A DNA stretch of 64,000 nt from a virus. Positions 29,101 through 38,286 of this stretch are shown one piece after another (within the stretch, counting starts at the first letter, position 1; each line of letters starts with the position of its first letter). The position numbers were made by a program, and so were the translations under genes. The DNA is taken from IMG/VR virus record IMGVR_UViG_3300047476_001812, positions 1-64,000 of that record. One strand, 5' to 3'. The notes beneath the pieces were generated by a model that saw only the letters and a program-made list of their open reading frames with translations, had not been told where the DNA came from and did not search any database.

Positions 29101-31984
29101 CAGGAGTATAAACTGTAGGAGGATTGGGGTTACCAGACTCAGGAACATCAGCTACACTTCTTGACCTTTGATTTAATGATAGGTTTTGCTTTTCCCCATA
29201 AATAGGTCTGTTTACTTGGTAAGTTCCGGTTTTCTGATACCTATCTTCTTTATAAGGAACTACTGCAAAGTTACCATTATCAAGTCCTGTGTTACCCGTT
29301 CTAATGTAAACAGTTCTGTTAGGGTCATAGATAACTTTTCCAGTTCGTGTATCCCTAACAGTTTGTGGGGAATTAGAATAAAACTCACTTGCTGGAGTAA
29401 AGTTATTTATACCTTTTGCGGCTGGAGCATTGCTAGGAACATCAACAACAATTCCATCAGTATTAAAAGCTAATCTGCCACCAAGATAATCTGTTTCTTG
29501 AAGTGATGGATATGCAGATGTGGCATTGGTATCTTGATATCCTGTAGGTGCAGAAACTGTTATAGAATTCCCAGAATTAAATATTGTAGTTTCTCCTCTT
29601 TCTGGAACAAAATTTCTTCTGAGTTGCAAGTTTCCAGCAGCATCATAATCCAGATAAGGTGAAATATTCATATTAGCAGGTGCTTTTCTAACTTCAGCAG
29701 TTCTTCTGCCACCTCTAGCTAAATCAAGAGCATCCATTGATTGTCCACTACTTTCGGCATTAGCGTTAAAGTAGTTGAATAAATCTTGTGGGTTATTATC
29801 GTCTACCCACTTTCTAGCAACAGGCTTAAAAGCATTCCTGCTTGCTTCCCCAAGCAATTGAACATTAGGAGGTTTGGGAGTTCCCATTCTTTTATCCCAA
29901 ATCTCAATAAAATTGTCAGTAGGAATTGGATTTCCTTCTTTGTCTAAAACAGCGTATTGACTGTAATCAACCCTAGGTTCAATAGCTTCAGGTTGTAAAG
30001 TTTCTGGATTAACTAAATTCCCGGTGTGAACATATTTATTAATTGTCTCACCTGTAATTGGATTAATAGCAGGAACAGGTCTAGTAAATGCTTCTAACCC
30101 TGGATTAGTAGGGTCTTCCCTGATAATGTCAACTAAGTTATCTCTACCACCTTCTCTCATCGCTCGGTTAATGTCAGTTATTTCCTGAGCAAGATTAGTA
30201 GTTTGTTTTCTAATAGGTAGCCCACCAGACTCCTCACTTACTGCGGGTCTTACTAAATAAAACCCACCATTTTGAGTAACATTAAAAACCTCTTTTGTTA
30301 GAGGATTCATGTAAGTAGCACGGTAGTTTTTTCCTTGATTATCTGTAGTCTCATAGAGTTTTATATTATCTCTATTAAAACTATCCATGTTACTAGCAGG
30401 AATGAACTTAGTTTGAGCAGCTTGATTAATATAATTATTGTATTGCTCAGGACTAATTAGTTGACGTTTAACTGCATCCTCAAAGGTAACTAATTCATTA
30501 CCAAGACCATCAACTCTAGGAATAGAAATACTTGGGATTGCATTGCCTTCTTTGTCACCTGTATAAACAATAGTAGTTGGAGTTCCCCTGCCTTTACTAA
30601 ACACCCTCTGATTAGTTTCTTTATCTATCCAAGTATTAGGTAGTTTAATAGAACCAGCATTATTTAAGAACCCACCTTGTCCTATCCTGGACATTACTTC
30701 TGGAGAGTATTCTTGTCCTACCCCTGCTATTGTTGGTGCTATGCCAATAGTTCTAGGATAGGGAACTGAATTGTCTCTATTAGCAATGTAACTAGCAGTA
30801 CCAAAAAACCTACCTTCACCATCAGTTATTTGATTACCTACTTCTTGCTGTTGTTGAATATAGGCTCTTTCTTTGTCTCTATTCCATTGTCTATCAATTA
30901 AATATTGTCTAGCTTGTGGAGAGAGATTAGTGTACTCAGCTAAAGTGGAATTATTTTTAATAGCTAAAGGTGCGTGCCATTTATATTGGCTATTATTATT
31001 GCTCGACAATGGTGTTGATTGGTAAGACACTCCTGGAGTAGTAGGAGTAAATTGATTACCTTGTTGAATAAAAAAGTTGCTATCACCTGCAAATTCAGGG
31101 TTTTGATTGACTTCAAATCCTATACTTGATTGTATTGATGGTACAGGAATAAAATTACTTTGTTCACCTTGAATTAAATTAGGAATTTCTAATTTAGTAG
31201 GAATAGTTCTACCACCGCTAATCAACTTTTGAGTAACGCCAGTGGCAGGGTTAAAAACTAACCCTCTGTTATAGTCATAAACTAAACCAGTTAGCAAATC
31301 TGTTTTAATACCAACTGGTTTAGGTATAGGAATATTCGGAATATTTGCAGTTCTATTTTCTCTATCTTCTAATACATTGAACTGATATTTCTCACCTTGT
31401 GCTTTAGGCGTTTGAATCCCAGCAGTTCTATTAGTATTTACAGGAACAACGGTAGGATTAACACCTGAATCCTCACCCCTTATAAACGCTAACGCCCATC
31501 TCTCATAATCATTTCTTGGTTGCCAATTAGAGTCTTGTGCAATAGCATTCTGGACACCTGCTATATCTAACGGTGCTTGTGAAGCTCCAGTGCTTTTTTG
31601 ACTAACCGCTGATGGGATATAAGCTGAATCATCTAATAAATCGTAATTAAAATCGTCATAACTTCCAGGAGCAGCATCGTAGATTCCATCATCAAAGTTA
31701 GTATAGTTGCCAACGTTAGCTGTTCTGGGTTCTTGAGATTGTTGAACTTCTGGACTAACGTACCTACCTAAACTACTAAGTACGGCTTCTTGAGTAGCAT
31801 TCATAGCAGGGCTAGTTACAGCTTTGGCTAATCTATCTGCTACAATTCTTTTTTTATCTTGTTCAGTTTGCCCCTGTCTAAACATAAAGTTTCCACCAAC
31901 TAAATCAGGGAATGATTGGTTGATGAAAGCATTTAATTGTCCAGGAGTCATCTGAGATACTAAATACTCAATTTCATTATTCAT
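26129..31984 (-). CDS. 1951-aa protein, probable internal virion/ejection protein
   Basis: P/Q/N/G-rich, no Cys seen, duplicated GGMGFDGGSIPGDYIP, C-terminal hydrophobic helix with basic tail like the 38-43 kb proteins. Confidence 0.6.
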   Translation of the reverse strand: MNNEIEYLVSQMTPGQLNAFINQSFPDLVGGNFMFRQGQTEQDKKRIVADRLAKAVTSPAMNATQEAVLSSLGRYVSPEVQQSQEPRTANVGNYTNFDDGIYDAAPGSYDDFNYDLLDDSAYIPSAVSQKSTGASQAPLDIAGVQNAIAQDSNWQPRNDYERWALAFIRGEDSGVNPTVVPVNTNRTAGIQTPKAQGEKYQFNVLEDRENRTANIPNIPIPKPVGIKTDLLTGLVYDYNRGLVFNPATGVTQKLISGGRTIPTKLEIPNLIQGEQSNFIPVPSIQSSIGFEVNQNPEFAGDSNFFIQQGNQFTPTTPGVSYQSTPLSSNNNSQYKWHAPLAIKNNSTLAEYTNLSPQARQYLIDRQWNRDKERAYIQQQQEVGNQITDGEGRFFGTASYIANRDNSVPYPRTIGIAPTIAGVGQEYSPEVMSRIGQGGFLNNAGSIKLPNTWIDKETNQRVFSKGRGTPTTIVYTGDKEGNAIPSISIPRVDGLGNELVTFEDAVKRQLISPEQYNNYINQAAQTKFIPASNMDSFNRDNIKLYETTDNQGKNYRATYMNPLTKEVFNVTQNGGFYLVRPAVSEESGGLPIRKQTTNLAQEITDINRAMREGGRDNLVDIIREDPTNPGLEAFTRPVPAINPITGETINKYVHTGNLVNPETLQPEAIEPRVDYSQYAVLDKEGNPIPTDNFIEIWDKRMGTPKPPNVQLLGEASRNAFKPVARKWVDDNNPQDLFNYFNANAESSGQSMDALDLARGGRRTAEVRKAPANMNISPYLDYDAAGNLQLRRNFVPERGETTIFNSGNSITVSAPTGYQDTNATSAYPSLQETDYLGGRLAFNTDGIVVDVPSNAPAAKGINNFTPASEFYSNSPQTVRDTRTGKVIYDPNRTVYIRTGNTGLDNGNFAVVPYKEDRYQKTGTYQVNRPIYGEKQNLSLNQRSRSVADVPESGNPNPPTVYTPANLQVSRQQTIEGYEPGTVDVFGVNANYLGDFTNTKFYRFKTNPETPLGAYKVNEYGTPIPNEYGFPQEVLTPLYGNPLTLPRSAQIANFQRERDINELGYMRGGEAHPFLVLDENDDPLFIESSVSRPRLMVRDFKGTTPDYQPIPDGMSYEEADRKGLLNPIFNSRTVGLNSSYQIPLPKGVGLARVLDESNPRTQAAIAAQVARRQIPFLVQQRQSILADSSFTPEEKRAKVDELFAQPLAVLGGDEVDALIKIAKKGESKPAFDRKYTITPSRTAGVESPQYTQYLDLATYDDSPDLTFWKENIPGVIPQGVIDGAYLPVTITPRTILAGGEQGFLKDDKIYTTESGRKVQGKDANTFAYVPLNLDNATTNYLPKSKREELELKGFSDDAIQAWANVNPNLARDNALANAKILIDGKYYDVTPQATVAEFNPVAGGNYAMAETRSQGRAARIDLPFKAGARISEPTPEWIVEQAISGNLSFNPDDYISPDDKAILNQKEVYNAGYEEPTDILGAINRTQQKKNQIDAVISNRKQRQVAKPQSDIEVLKYKSYVLGKEAQEARTDIDRLRALQQKAQIDLLIDSPQQRVANNLDGKISSFIDGNYTTLGQDRSFSINPEILPLSDAKRVEFIRNYQPNASDVLLNTKDIAPVQSTRPRDLQEYSDYLAEEINRASAAHNAIVNIEDSPEVVIKRQGNPQQLNAFISAANTLGMQTEDDSFRYKNNPDEKLTASVTGSLPNTYLPYEQAQELNESRLYHPQDIQDAIESGDFSERQIRSMQNARLLPAYRTRQKVELPTVPTSNVAKLGRVKFVEDYMGNPESMLGGMGFDGGSIPGDYIPNPSKVIQQFVPAGNQVINIVPSSSENYQYGSGGNADYGIWDMPITNDSGGMGFDGGSIPGDYIPPQAKTNVQQGVQSEPQQVRTPRTPGTQSFNNPIDPEVKITGGMKIPKWAIPATLGAVWLGLAANARRQQDEDRRQQQGVVNKY

Positions 31985-32226
31985 AGAAACTCTAAATTAA
32001 TTTGTTGCTAGAGTTCCTATGAAGTTCACTACATTTCAGATGGCAAAGGAATTACTTGACCATGTTCATAAAAACCTTGAGTTTCTTCATATAAAGTAAT
32101 AGGATATTTGAGAGATAAGTAATACTCAATCGGTTATTGGTTTGATTGTTGGTTCAGTTGTTGGTTCATGTTAAAAAAAAAATAAAGTAGGCATCCCCAG
32201 CAATTAAGCCAGGGAACAATCCTATC

Positions 32227-34653
32227 CTACTTCACAACGTAAGCTTCGTTGTAACTTGGATGTCCTACGTTATTAAATCTTGTGTGAAGATGAACCGTAA
32301 TTTCATCTCCTAATTTAATAGGTGGCGTGTCCTTAACTGGGACTACACCAATGCTATAGCCATTGGACTTAGCAATGAAGTAATGCTTGCCGTCATTACC
32401 AATGCCTGACTCAATCTTCATGACAATAGCCTCACCTTTGAAGACTATTTCACGAAAATCTGAATATAGCCGTCCTACTATATTCAGTTTGTCAATTTTG
32501 AGAGTCTTAAGTTGTTCACATATCTGTTCTATACCTAATAGAAAACAGATATTAGTTGAGATGCCTACCCTGTCCTCATGCTCCTTTGCTTGAGGATTGG
32601 GAATCCCCGTTTTGTTGTTCCGGTGTTTGACATCCCAAAAGGCAGCCACAGCCATCATCCTCTGTGTAGGGGGTAAATGATTAAGTATTCCCTCATAGTA
32701 TCTGCAGATATCTTTTTGAGAAGATAACCTACGCTCTTTAATAATTCTGGGAACTCTCTTACCTGGATTATCTTCTTCCCACTTGCGCTGCTCTAATCCA
32801 GCAGCATACATGGCAGATGAGTATTCGGAAGACACGACTTCTGCCCTCTCAATCCATTTCTTACTAGGATTGAGATGTGAGAAAAGAATGTTAAAAGGTC
32901 TGAGATTGGTAGCCTTAAGTTCTGGGTAAACCCAAAACTTATTTATTTCAGCTACAAGCAGTCCTACGGTATCATTAGGACGTGATGACATCTGGGATGA
33001 CATATAGCAGTCGTCATTTTTGACCTGCTTCAACCAATCAACTCTTTCAGACTTGAGAGCATTACCGATATCATCTAGCAACTTCCTGTTAGGTGGTGTA
33101 GCACCTTTGAGGGAGTCTACTGCCGCTTGCAGCTGCGGCACTAACTGAAATACAAAGTCCTCACGTTTACAAGCCCAGGATTTGGCTATGTAGTATGTGA
33201 TAAGACCAGTCAAGTTTTCCATTGACTTAACCAGGATTTGCCCTAGAGTCCCTTCAATGGGAATCTTCTTAGGTTTTAACCCTGCTTGGTCTAAGTCAGG
33301 TTCACCGAAGTTCTTGACTGCCTGAGCTACGTTAGGTAGAGTTGATGCAGGTAGCCACATAAGGAAATCCCCATCTGTGTCACGCCCCAGTTTCATTAAG
33401 GTATTGCAGTTACCTACAATAATCCCCTCCATCTGCTCCCATTTAGGCAAGACTTTATTTGTCCATACCTTAATATCATATTTCCATCTACAAGGATAGG
33501 GGAATACGATTACCTCTTCACCGTCAGGAAGTCCTGGGATATAACAGCAGTCATCTGGCAACTCCTCGTCTGGCATTACCATAGAGGAGTTAAATTTCAT
33601 CCCACCAGATGTAGCTATCTCGCGCCACCGTCGGGATAGCATTCCCATAGTTGCCTTGATAACCCAAGGGTGGGTAGACAACTGACCGTGTACGTCAGAC
33701 TTTAAAATCTGACTTAACCGAGATTCACTAACCTCACTAAACTCCTCGCTTTCATCCCCTTTCCGCAGGAGATACGCTAACAATTTCTGAGGATTGTTGA
33801 CTAAGATATTTAACTCCTGTGCTCTCATTTGCGCTACGGGAACTATATCTTTCTGTACACAATCCCAAGGAAGGAACTGTACTACTGAGTATGAAAGATT
33901 GGACTTACGGAAGTCCCACCCCATTGCATACCGTTCAATAATCTCGGTATCAGTCTCTTCGACCTCAATAAGTCTGGACTTTCTAGACGGAGATTTAAAC
34001 ACCACACCAAAAGCCAATTTAGGAAGTGTATACTCCCCAGGTTTAACTTTATTGCCTTTGAAACAGGACGTAGGTAAAACAAGGTCATACTTACCTTTCT
34101 TAAACCCCACTGCAATTGTACCCTTTGCACACCAATCAGGGTACATATTGAAAGCCCTAAACTGGAATGGATTGAATATGGAATCCACAAACTCCATAGC
34201 AAACTTCTCAGAGCATTTCCCGTGGCAATCCCCAGTCCTATATTTCTTGGACTTGGCATCACCGTCATTAACAACTAAGAGTTTGATGGCAATATCCTTA
34301 ATCAACTTACATTCAGTAGTCAGGTTAGAACCGTAGTTGGCAGCATTCATATTGCTACCAAAGAATCGAGTAAAGCAATTAAGTTCTGAGGTAGAATAGA
34401 TTGCTTTACCTTCTTTCCTAGAGCCTGAACCACCAACTAATACATAGTCTTCAAAGCCTTTGTCAAGAACTTCAGAGATGTATTCTAAGTCAGGATTTTC
34501 ATCAGCTAATAAACTACCCACATCACCGATAGCAAACTTAACGTCAGGGAATAGATGCCCCAACATCGTATTGTGATATGTGCTTTGGCAATGCTCTGGT
34601 AGCCACTGTTGACTAACTAGGTCGTATTGCCTTAGAATAAGCTTAGATGGCAT
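32227..34653 (-). CDS. single-subunit RNA polymerase, YonO/cellular RdRP (double-psi beta-barrel) family
   Basis: catalytic GRDTDGD (DxDGD, ~33367-33387) preceded by GDCHGKCS, PFQFR..KG and FPYP, matching RdRP motif order; later ENLTG and QAAVDSLK. Confidence 0.8.
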   Translation of the reverse strand: MPSKLILRQYDLVSQQWLPEHCQSTYHNTMLGHLFPDVKFAIGDVGSLLADENPDLEYISEVLDKGFEDYVLVGGSGSRKEGKAIYSTSELNCFTRFFGSNMNAANYGSNLTTECKLIKDIAIKLLVVNDGDAKSKKYRTGDCHGKCSEKFAMEFVDSIFNPFQFRAFNMYPDWCAKGTIAVGFKKGKYDLVLPTSCFKGNKVKPGEYTLPKLAFGVVFKSPSRKSRLIEVEETDTEIIERYAMGWDFRKSNLSYSVVQFLPWDCVQKDIVPVAQMRAQELNILVNNPQKLLAYLLRKGDESEEFSEVSESRLSQILKSDVHGQLSTHPWVIKATMGMLSRRWREIATSGGMKFNSSMVMPDEELPDDCCYIPGLPDGEEVIVFPYPCRWKYDIKVWTNKVLPKWEQMEGIIVGNCNTLMKLGRDTDGDFLMWLPASTLPNVAQAVKNFGEPDLDQAGLKPKKIPIEGTLGQILVKSMENLTGLITYYIAKSWACKREDFVFQLVPQLQAAVDSLKGATPPNRKLLDDIGNALKSERVDWLKQVKNDDCYMSSQMSSRPNDTVGLLVAEINKFWVYPELKATNLRPFNILFSHLNPSKKWIERAEVVSSEYSSAMYAAGLEQRKWEEDNPGKRVPRIIKERRLSSQKDICRYYEGILNHLPPTQRMMAVAAFWDVKHRNNKTGIPNPQAKEHEDRVGISTNICFLLGIEQICEQLKTLKIDKLNIVGRLYSDFREIVFKGEAIVMKIESGIGNDGKHYFIAKSNGYSIGVVPVKDTPPIKLGDEITVHLHTRFNNVGHPSYNEAYVVK

Positions 34654-34801
34654 TGAGTAGACTCCAATGTTATTGAATAGAAAACCCCCTAGTAGACAGC
34701 GACCAAACTAACTACTAAGGGGTTTTTGTTTAAATCTGCACGAAGTGAACATAAAAATAACTCACTTCAATTCAACCTAAGTCAAATCAAAGTGAGTTAG
34801 T

Positions 34802-34826
34802 TCAATCCTATTTAGGCGTTAGCCTA
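34802..34826 (-). promoter_or_regulatory. class A hairpin element upstream of the RNA polymerase gene
   Basis: TCAA-N10; TAGGC-GTTA-GCCTA. Confidence 0.75.
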
Positions 34827-34837
34827 TTGATTCTGCA

Positions 34838-35020
34838 TCATCTGCATAAATAATAATCTATTCCCAGTGATAAACTCACAGCATTCCAAAATTCGCCCCA
34901 TGCAAGAGCCTCACTGTGATGGAAATTTGTTAGTCGGAACTTCCCTTCCCTCGTTCCTCTCCAATACACGGCAATACCTTCTTCTGTTTTTTCGACAAAA
35001 GGTTTTTGTTCTGCTTTCAT
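34838..35020 (-). CDS. small hypothetical protein
   Basis: 60 aa; class A element at 35039-35062. Confidence 0.6.
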   Translation of the reverse strand: MKAEQKPFVEKTEEGIAVYWRGTREGKFRLTNFHHSEALAWGEFWNAVSLSLGIDYYLCR

Positions 35021-35344
35021 AACTTAACTCAAATTAACTCAAAACTGATTAGGCGTTAGCCTTGTTCAGTTTGAGGGCGCAAGGTGCATTGAAATTTCAA
35101 TGCAAAAGCCCTTGCAGCCTTATAATTTTTACATTCTGCTACCCTGCCATCAGGGTAGACAATATGCCATTCTGTCGCATTTAAGATAACATCCGGAGGA
35201 ATGTTATCTTGTGGACTATAATAAATCATTAACAAGAAACTCCCTTTCTGTGTACAAAAAGCTTCTCATTAATTTTAAACTACAGTCGTTTAAATGGAAA
35301 CATTTCGCGAGATATTTTCTGTCAATTCCCTCGTCGCTATCATT

Positions 35345-35467
35345 AACTACAAGTACAAAAATAGGTGCGTAGCACCCCATAAAAAAACTCTTCACTCCTA
35401 ATCCCAAAAGAATACTAACTCCGAAGGAACTAAAACTACGACTAGGGAGCGTAGCGACCCATAAAAA
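35345..35467 (-). promoter_or_regulatory. two tandem class B hairpin elements
   Basis: AACTAC-N16 with GGTGC-GTA-GCACC..CATAAAAAA, and GGAGC-GTA-GCGACCCATAAAAA. Confidence 0.75.
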
Positions 35468-35531
35468 CTTTCTTTAGTTTAAACCTGAGTTATGTTATTA
35501 TTTAAAGCAAGCAAAATAAACTAAGTTTACC

Positions 35532-36020
35532 ATGACAGTATTAGTTGACCATCAAATCAAATCTTTTTGTGAGAAAGGACTTGTTAAGCCCTATGATGAA
35601 TCCTTGGTTAATCCATCTTCCTTAGATATTAGGTTAGGAAATAATCTAATTATTGACAATGAGATTGCAAATATTTCTCATCACACAAAAGAAAATCCCT
35701 ACATCTTAGATGCTAATGAATTTGTGCTGGCAGAAACTCTAGAATATTTAACAGTTCCAAGTAATGTTGCTATAGAGTTAAAGTTAAAATCTTCTAGGGC
35801 TAGAGAAGGATTGTCTCACGCATTAGCAGGTTGGGTAGATAACGGATTTCATGGAGTATTGACTTTGGAATTAAAGAATTACTCTACAAAAAAACCAGTG
35901 TTTATCTACCCAGGATTGAGAATAGGTCAGCTAATTATTCACTCTACAGAAAAACCCACTACTCCCTATCAAGGAAAATATAGCGGGTTCACTACTGTTA
36001 TGAGTAGTTTGGATAAATAA
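35532..36020 (+). CDS. dcd: dCTP deaminase
   Basis: VNPSSLDIRLG, KSSRAREG, AGWVDNGFHGVLTLEL, PGLRIGQL. Confidence 0.93.
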   Translation: MTVLVDHQIKSFCEKGLVKPYDESLVNPSSLDIRLGNNLIIDNEIANISHHTKENPYILDANEFVLAETLEYLTVPSNVAIELKLKSSRAREGLSHALAGWVDNGFHGVLTLELKNYSTKKPVFIYPGLRIGQLIIHSTEKPTTPYQGKYSGFTTVMSSLDK

Positions 36021-36021
36021 A

Positions 36022-36372
36022 CTAAGCCTTGAGATAATCAAGATTAAAAGCCTCTCTACTTCTAATGGTGTCGGCTATTATATTTAACCACTCTTCAGTT
36101 ATCATTTTATTTGATAACTGAAATGTGACATAACCATAGTAAAGGCAAAGGTTATTTTTTATATAATCTCTTTCTATCCCACCTCCGCTACTATGCCCAC
36201 CTTTACCCCAAGTACCACCATTGATTTCTATGAGAACCTTAGATTTAATATGAGCATAGTCTGCCCTAAATCTGCGTTTAGGAACAGGCTTAAACTCATT
36301 TATTAAATCAATGCTAGGATAAAGAGTAAGCCATAGTTCTTCAAACTTTAATTCAAGAGTTGACTTTGGCAT
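36022..36372 (-). CDS. PD-(D/E)XK endonuclease (DUF559/Vsr-like)
   Basis: RFRADYA..KVLIEINGG..GGH....RDYIKNN. Confidence 0.75.
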   Translation of the reverse strand: MPKSTLELKFEELWLTLYPSIDLINEFKPVPKRRFRADYAHIKSKVLIEINGGTWGKGGHSSGGGIERDYIKNNLCLYYGYVTFQLSNKMITEEWLNIIADTIRSREAFNLDYLKA

Positions 36373-36432
36373 CTTCTTTTGCTAAATACCCTAAGTTTAT
36401 TTTTCTCAATCATAATTACTTCACAAATTACT

Positions 36433-36457
36433 TCACTATTAATGGGGCAATCGCCCC
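36433..36457 (-). promoter_or_regulatory. class A hairpin element, AATC-loop variant
   Basis: TCAC-N10; GGGGC-AATC-GCCCC. Confidence 0.7.
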
Positions 36458-36678
36458 TATACTTTTGATGGTTTAACTACCGAATCCAAGCAACGCATTT
36501 ACTGGAAAATCTATTTTCTTTTTTATATTGTTGTTATTAGCTTGTGTGTCTAATCTAATTGCACTAGGGGCAACTAAATATCTATTATCAAGTTGTTGTT
36601 TTTTCATAACTCACCTGTTTATTTTGCCGAATATATTATACCATAGAGCAAGCAAAATAAACAGTGGTTGGTTAAATA

Positions 36679-37668
36679 ATGGAACTAAATAAATCTACGG
36701 AACTGAGCAACAGCTTGGGAATAGCTATTGTTAATAGGAATACAGACTTAGCTAAATCAGTTATAACGGAACTGTCAGATTTGGAAGAAACTCATTTAGC
36801 TAAGATAACTTCTAGGGTTAGAGAGAATATATCTAATGAAGAATGGTCTTGGTTTCAATCACTTCTTAATGATGGGAACGAGAGTAAACCTGTAGCTCCG
36901 TTGGCTGATGAAGATAAGGAATTAAAACAAAAATTAGAAACAAGAATTATAGAGAACACAAAAAGGTTTTTTATAGACACAGGCAGGGATTTATATATTC
37001 TCAAGCAGAGAAAACTTTATCGTGAACAATACAATAGTTGGCAGTCTTATTGTCAACTAAGTTTAGGCATTAATCCTACTACCGCAAGTAGAGCTATTAA
37101 GGCATATCAAGATTGTGAAAGTATTCGCATTTACTTTAATGATGATACCTTGCTTCCTAAAACAGATTATGTTCTTAGATTATTAGGACAAATAAAAGAT
37201 GTAGAGTTAAGAGCTAATGTGTGGCGTAAAGCTTTAGAAGATTGTGGTAATTCACCCACTACCTCAGACATTAGAAGGGTATATGCTGAGATAATTAACC
37301 CTGAAGTTAAACCACCTAAGCCTAATAACTTAGAATTTAAAGTTGGTGATTTTGTATCTATAAAAGAATCCTGCATTAAGTGGGGTAAAGTAATTGAGAT
37401 TACATCAGGATTAAGATACAAAATTAAGTCAGGAGATATCACTTCAACATACCAGACTTATCAAGTAACTGAATTAGAAATACCTCTGTTTATTGCTGAG
37501 GCAGTAGAACAACTTTATCAATCTCATTCACCTAAATTAAATACAAATACTCTACTGAGTGACAATCACCCTCATACAAAATCTATTGCCACTACATTTT
37601 ATGGGTATAACGAATTTGCTGATTGGCAAATATCTTTGTTAGGGAGTCTAAGAAGCTTATGTCAATAG
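36679..37668 (+). CDS. cyanobacterial-type putative DNA-binding protein
   Basis: GRDLYILKQRKLYREQYNSWQSYC motif; KOW-like FKVGDFV segment. Confidence 0.6.
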   Translation: MELNKSTELSNSLGIAIVNRNTDLAKSVITELSDLEETHLAKITSRVRENISNEEWSWFQSLLNDGNESKPVAPLADEDKELKQKLETRIIENTKRFFIDTGRDLYILKQRKLYREQYNSWQSYCQLSLGINPTTASRAIKAYQDCESIRIYFNDDTLLPKTDYVLRLLGQIKDVELRANVWRKALEDCGNSPTTSDIRRVYAEIINPEVKPPKPNNLEFKVGDFVSIKESCIKWGKVIEITSGLRYKIKSGDITSTYQTYQVTELEIPLFIAEAVEQLYQSHSPKLNTNTLLSDNHPHTKSIATTFYGYNEFADWQISLLGSLRSLCQ

Positions 37669-38285
37669 AACTCTTCAGGAAGTATCAACAAACAAAGTCT
37701 ATTGCTATTAGAAATAAATTGGTAATGCTCAATGAAGGATTAGCTTATAAAGCTGCACATACAGCTAAGTTATACTGCAATGAAAGTTTTGATGACTTAT
37801 CACAAGAAGCGTTTATAGGATTGATTAGAGCGGTGGAAGACTATGACCCCTATAAAGGAACTATGTTTTCTTCCTACGCAGTCCCTAGAATATCAGGAAA
37901 GATATTGCAATATCTTAGAGATAGGTCTAAGTTAATTAGGCTTAGTCAGTCAATGCAAAAGTTAATAGCAGACATTAAAAGGATAAGCAAACAATCAATT
38001 ACTGTAGAGGAAATATGTAGACAATTAAATATTACTCAGGAAGAATATCAACTAGCTATTGGTGCTTATGCTGCATCTACTCATCTTCATTCTATTGATG
38101 ATGATAGTGATGATAGAAAACCACTAGAGTTACCATCACATGATAATCAAATAGAGGAAAGTAAAGTATTCAAAGTTGATTACAGCAATGCTACTAATGA
38201 GGAACTGAAATCTCTTACTAGTGGTGATTTAAATGTTAGAAGTATTTGGTTAATGGCAAGTAATTGGATTAAAGAAGAAGGATAA
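37659..38285 (+). CDS. sigma-70 family sigma factor (SigB/F/G-like), region 4 apparently degenerate
   Basis: RNKLVMLNEGLA, DLSQEAFIGLIRAVEDYDP.KG..FSSYAVPRISGKILQYLRD. Confidence 0.88.
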   Translation: MSIELFRKYQQTKSIAIRNKLVMLNEGLAYKAAHTAKLYCNESFDDLSQEAFIGLIRAVEDYDPYKGTMFSSYAVPRISGKILQYLRDRSKLIRLSQSMQKLIADIKRISKQSITVEEICRQLNITQEEYQLAIGAYAASTHLHSIDDDSDDRKPLELPSHDNQIEESKVFKVDYSNATNEELKSLTSGDLNVRSIWLMASNWIKEEG

Positions 38286-38286
38286 T

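Noticed and set aside
26129-31984. 1951-aa protein as an N4- or crAss-type virion RNA polymerase
   Set aside because: No convincing DxDxD or T7-type catalytic motif was found by eye; left open as an orphan.
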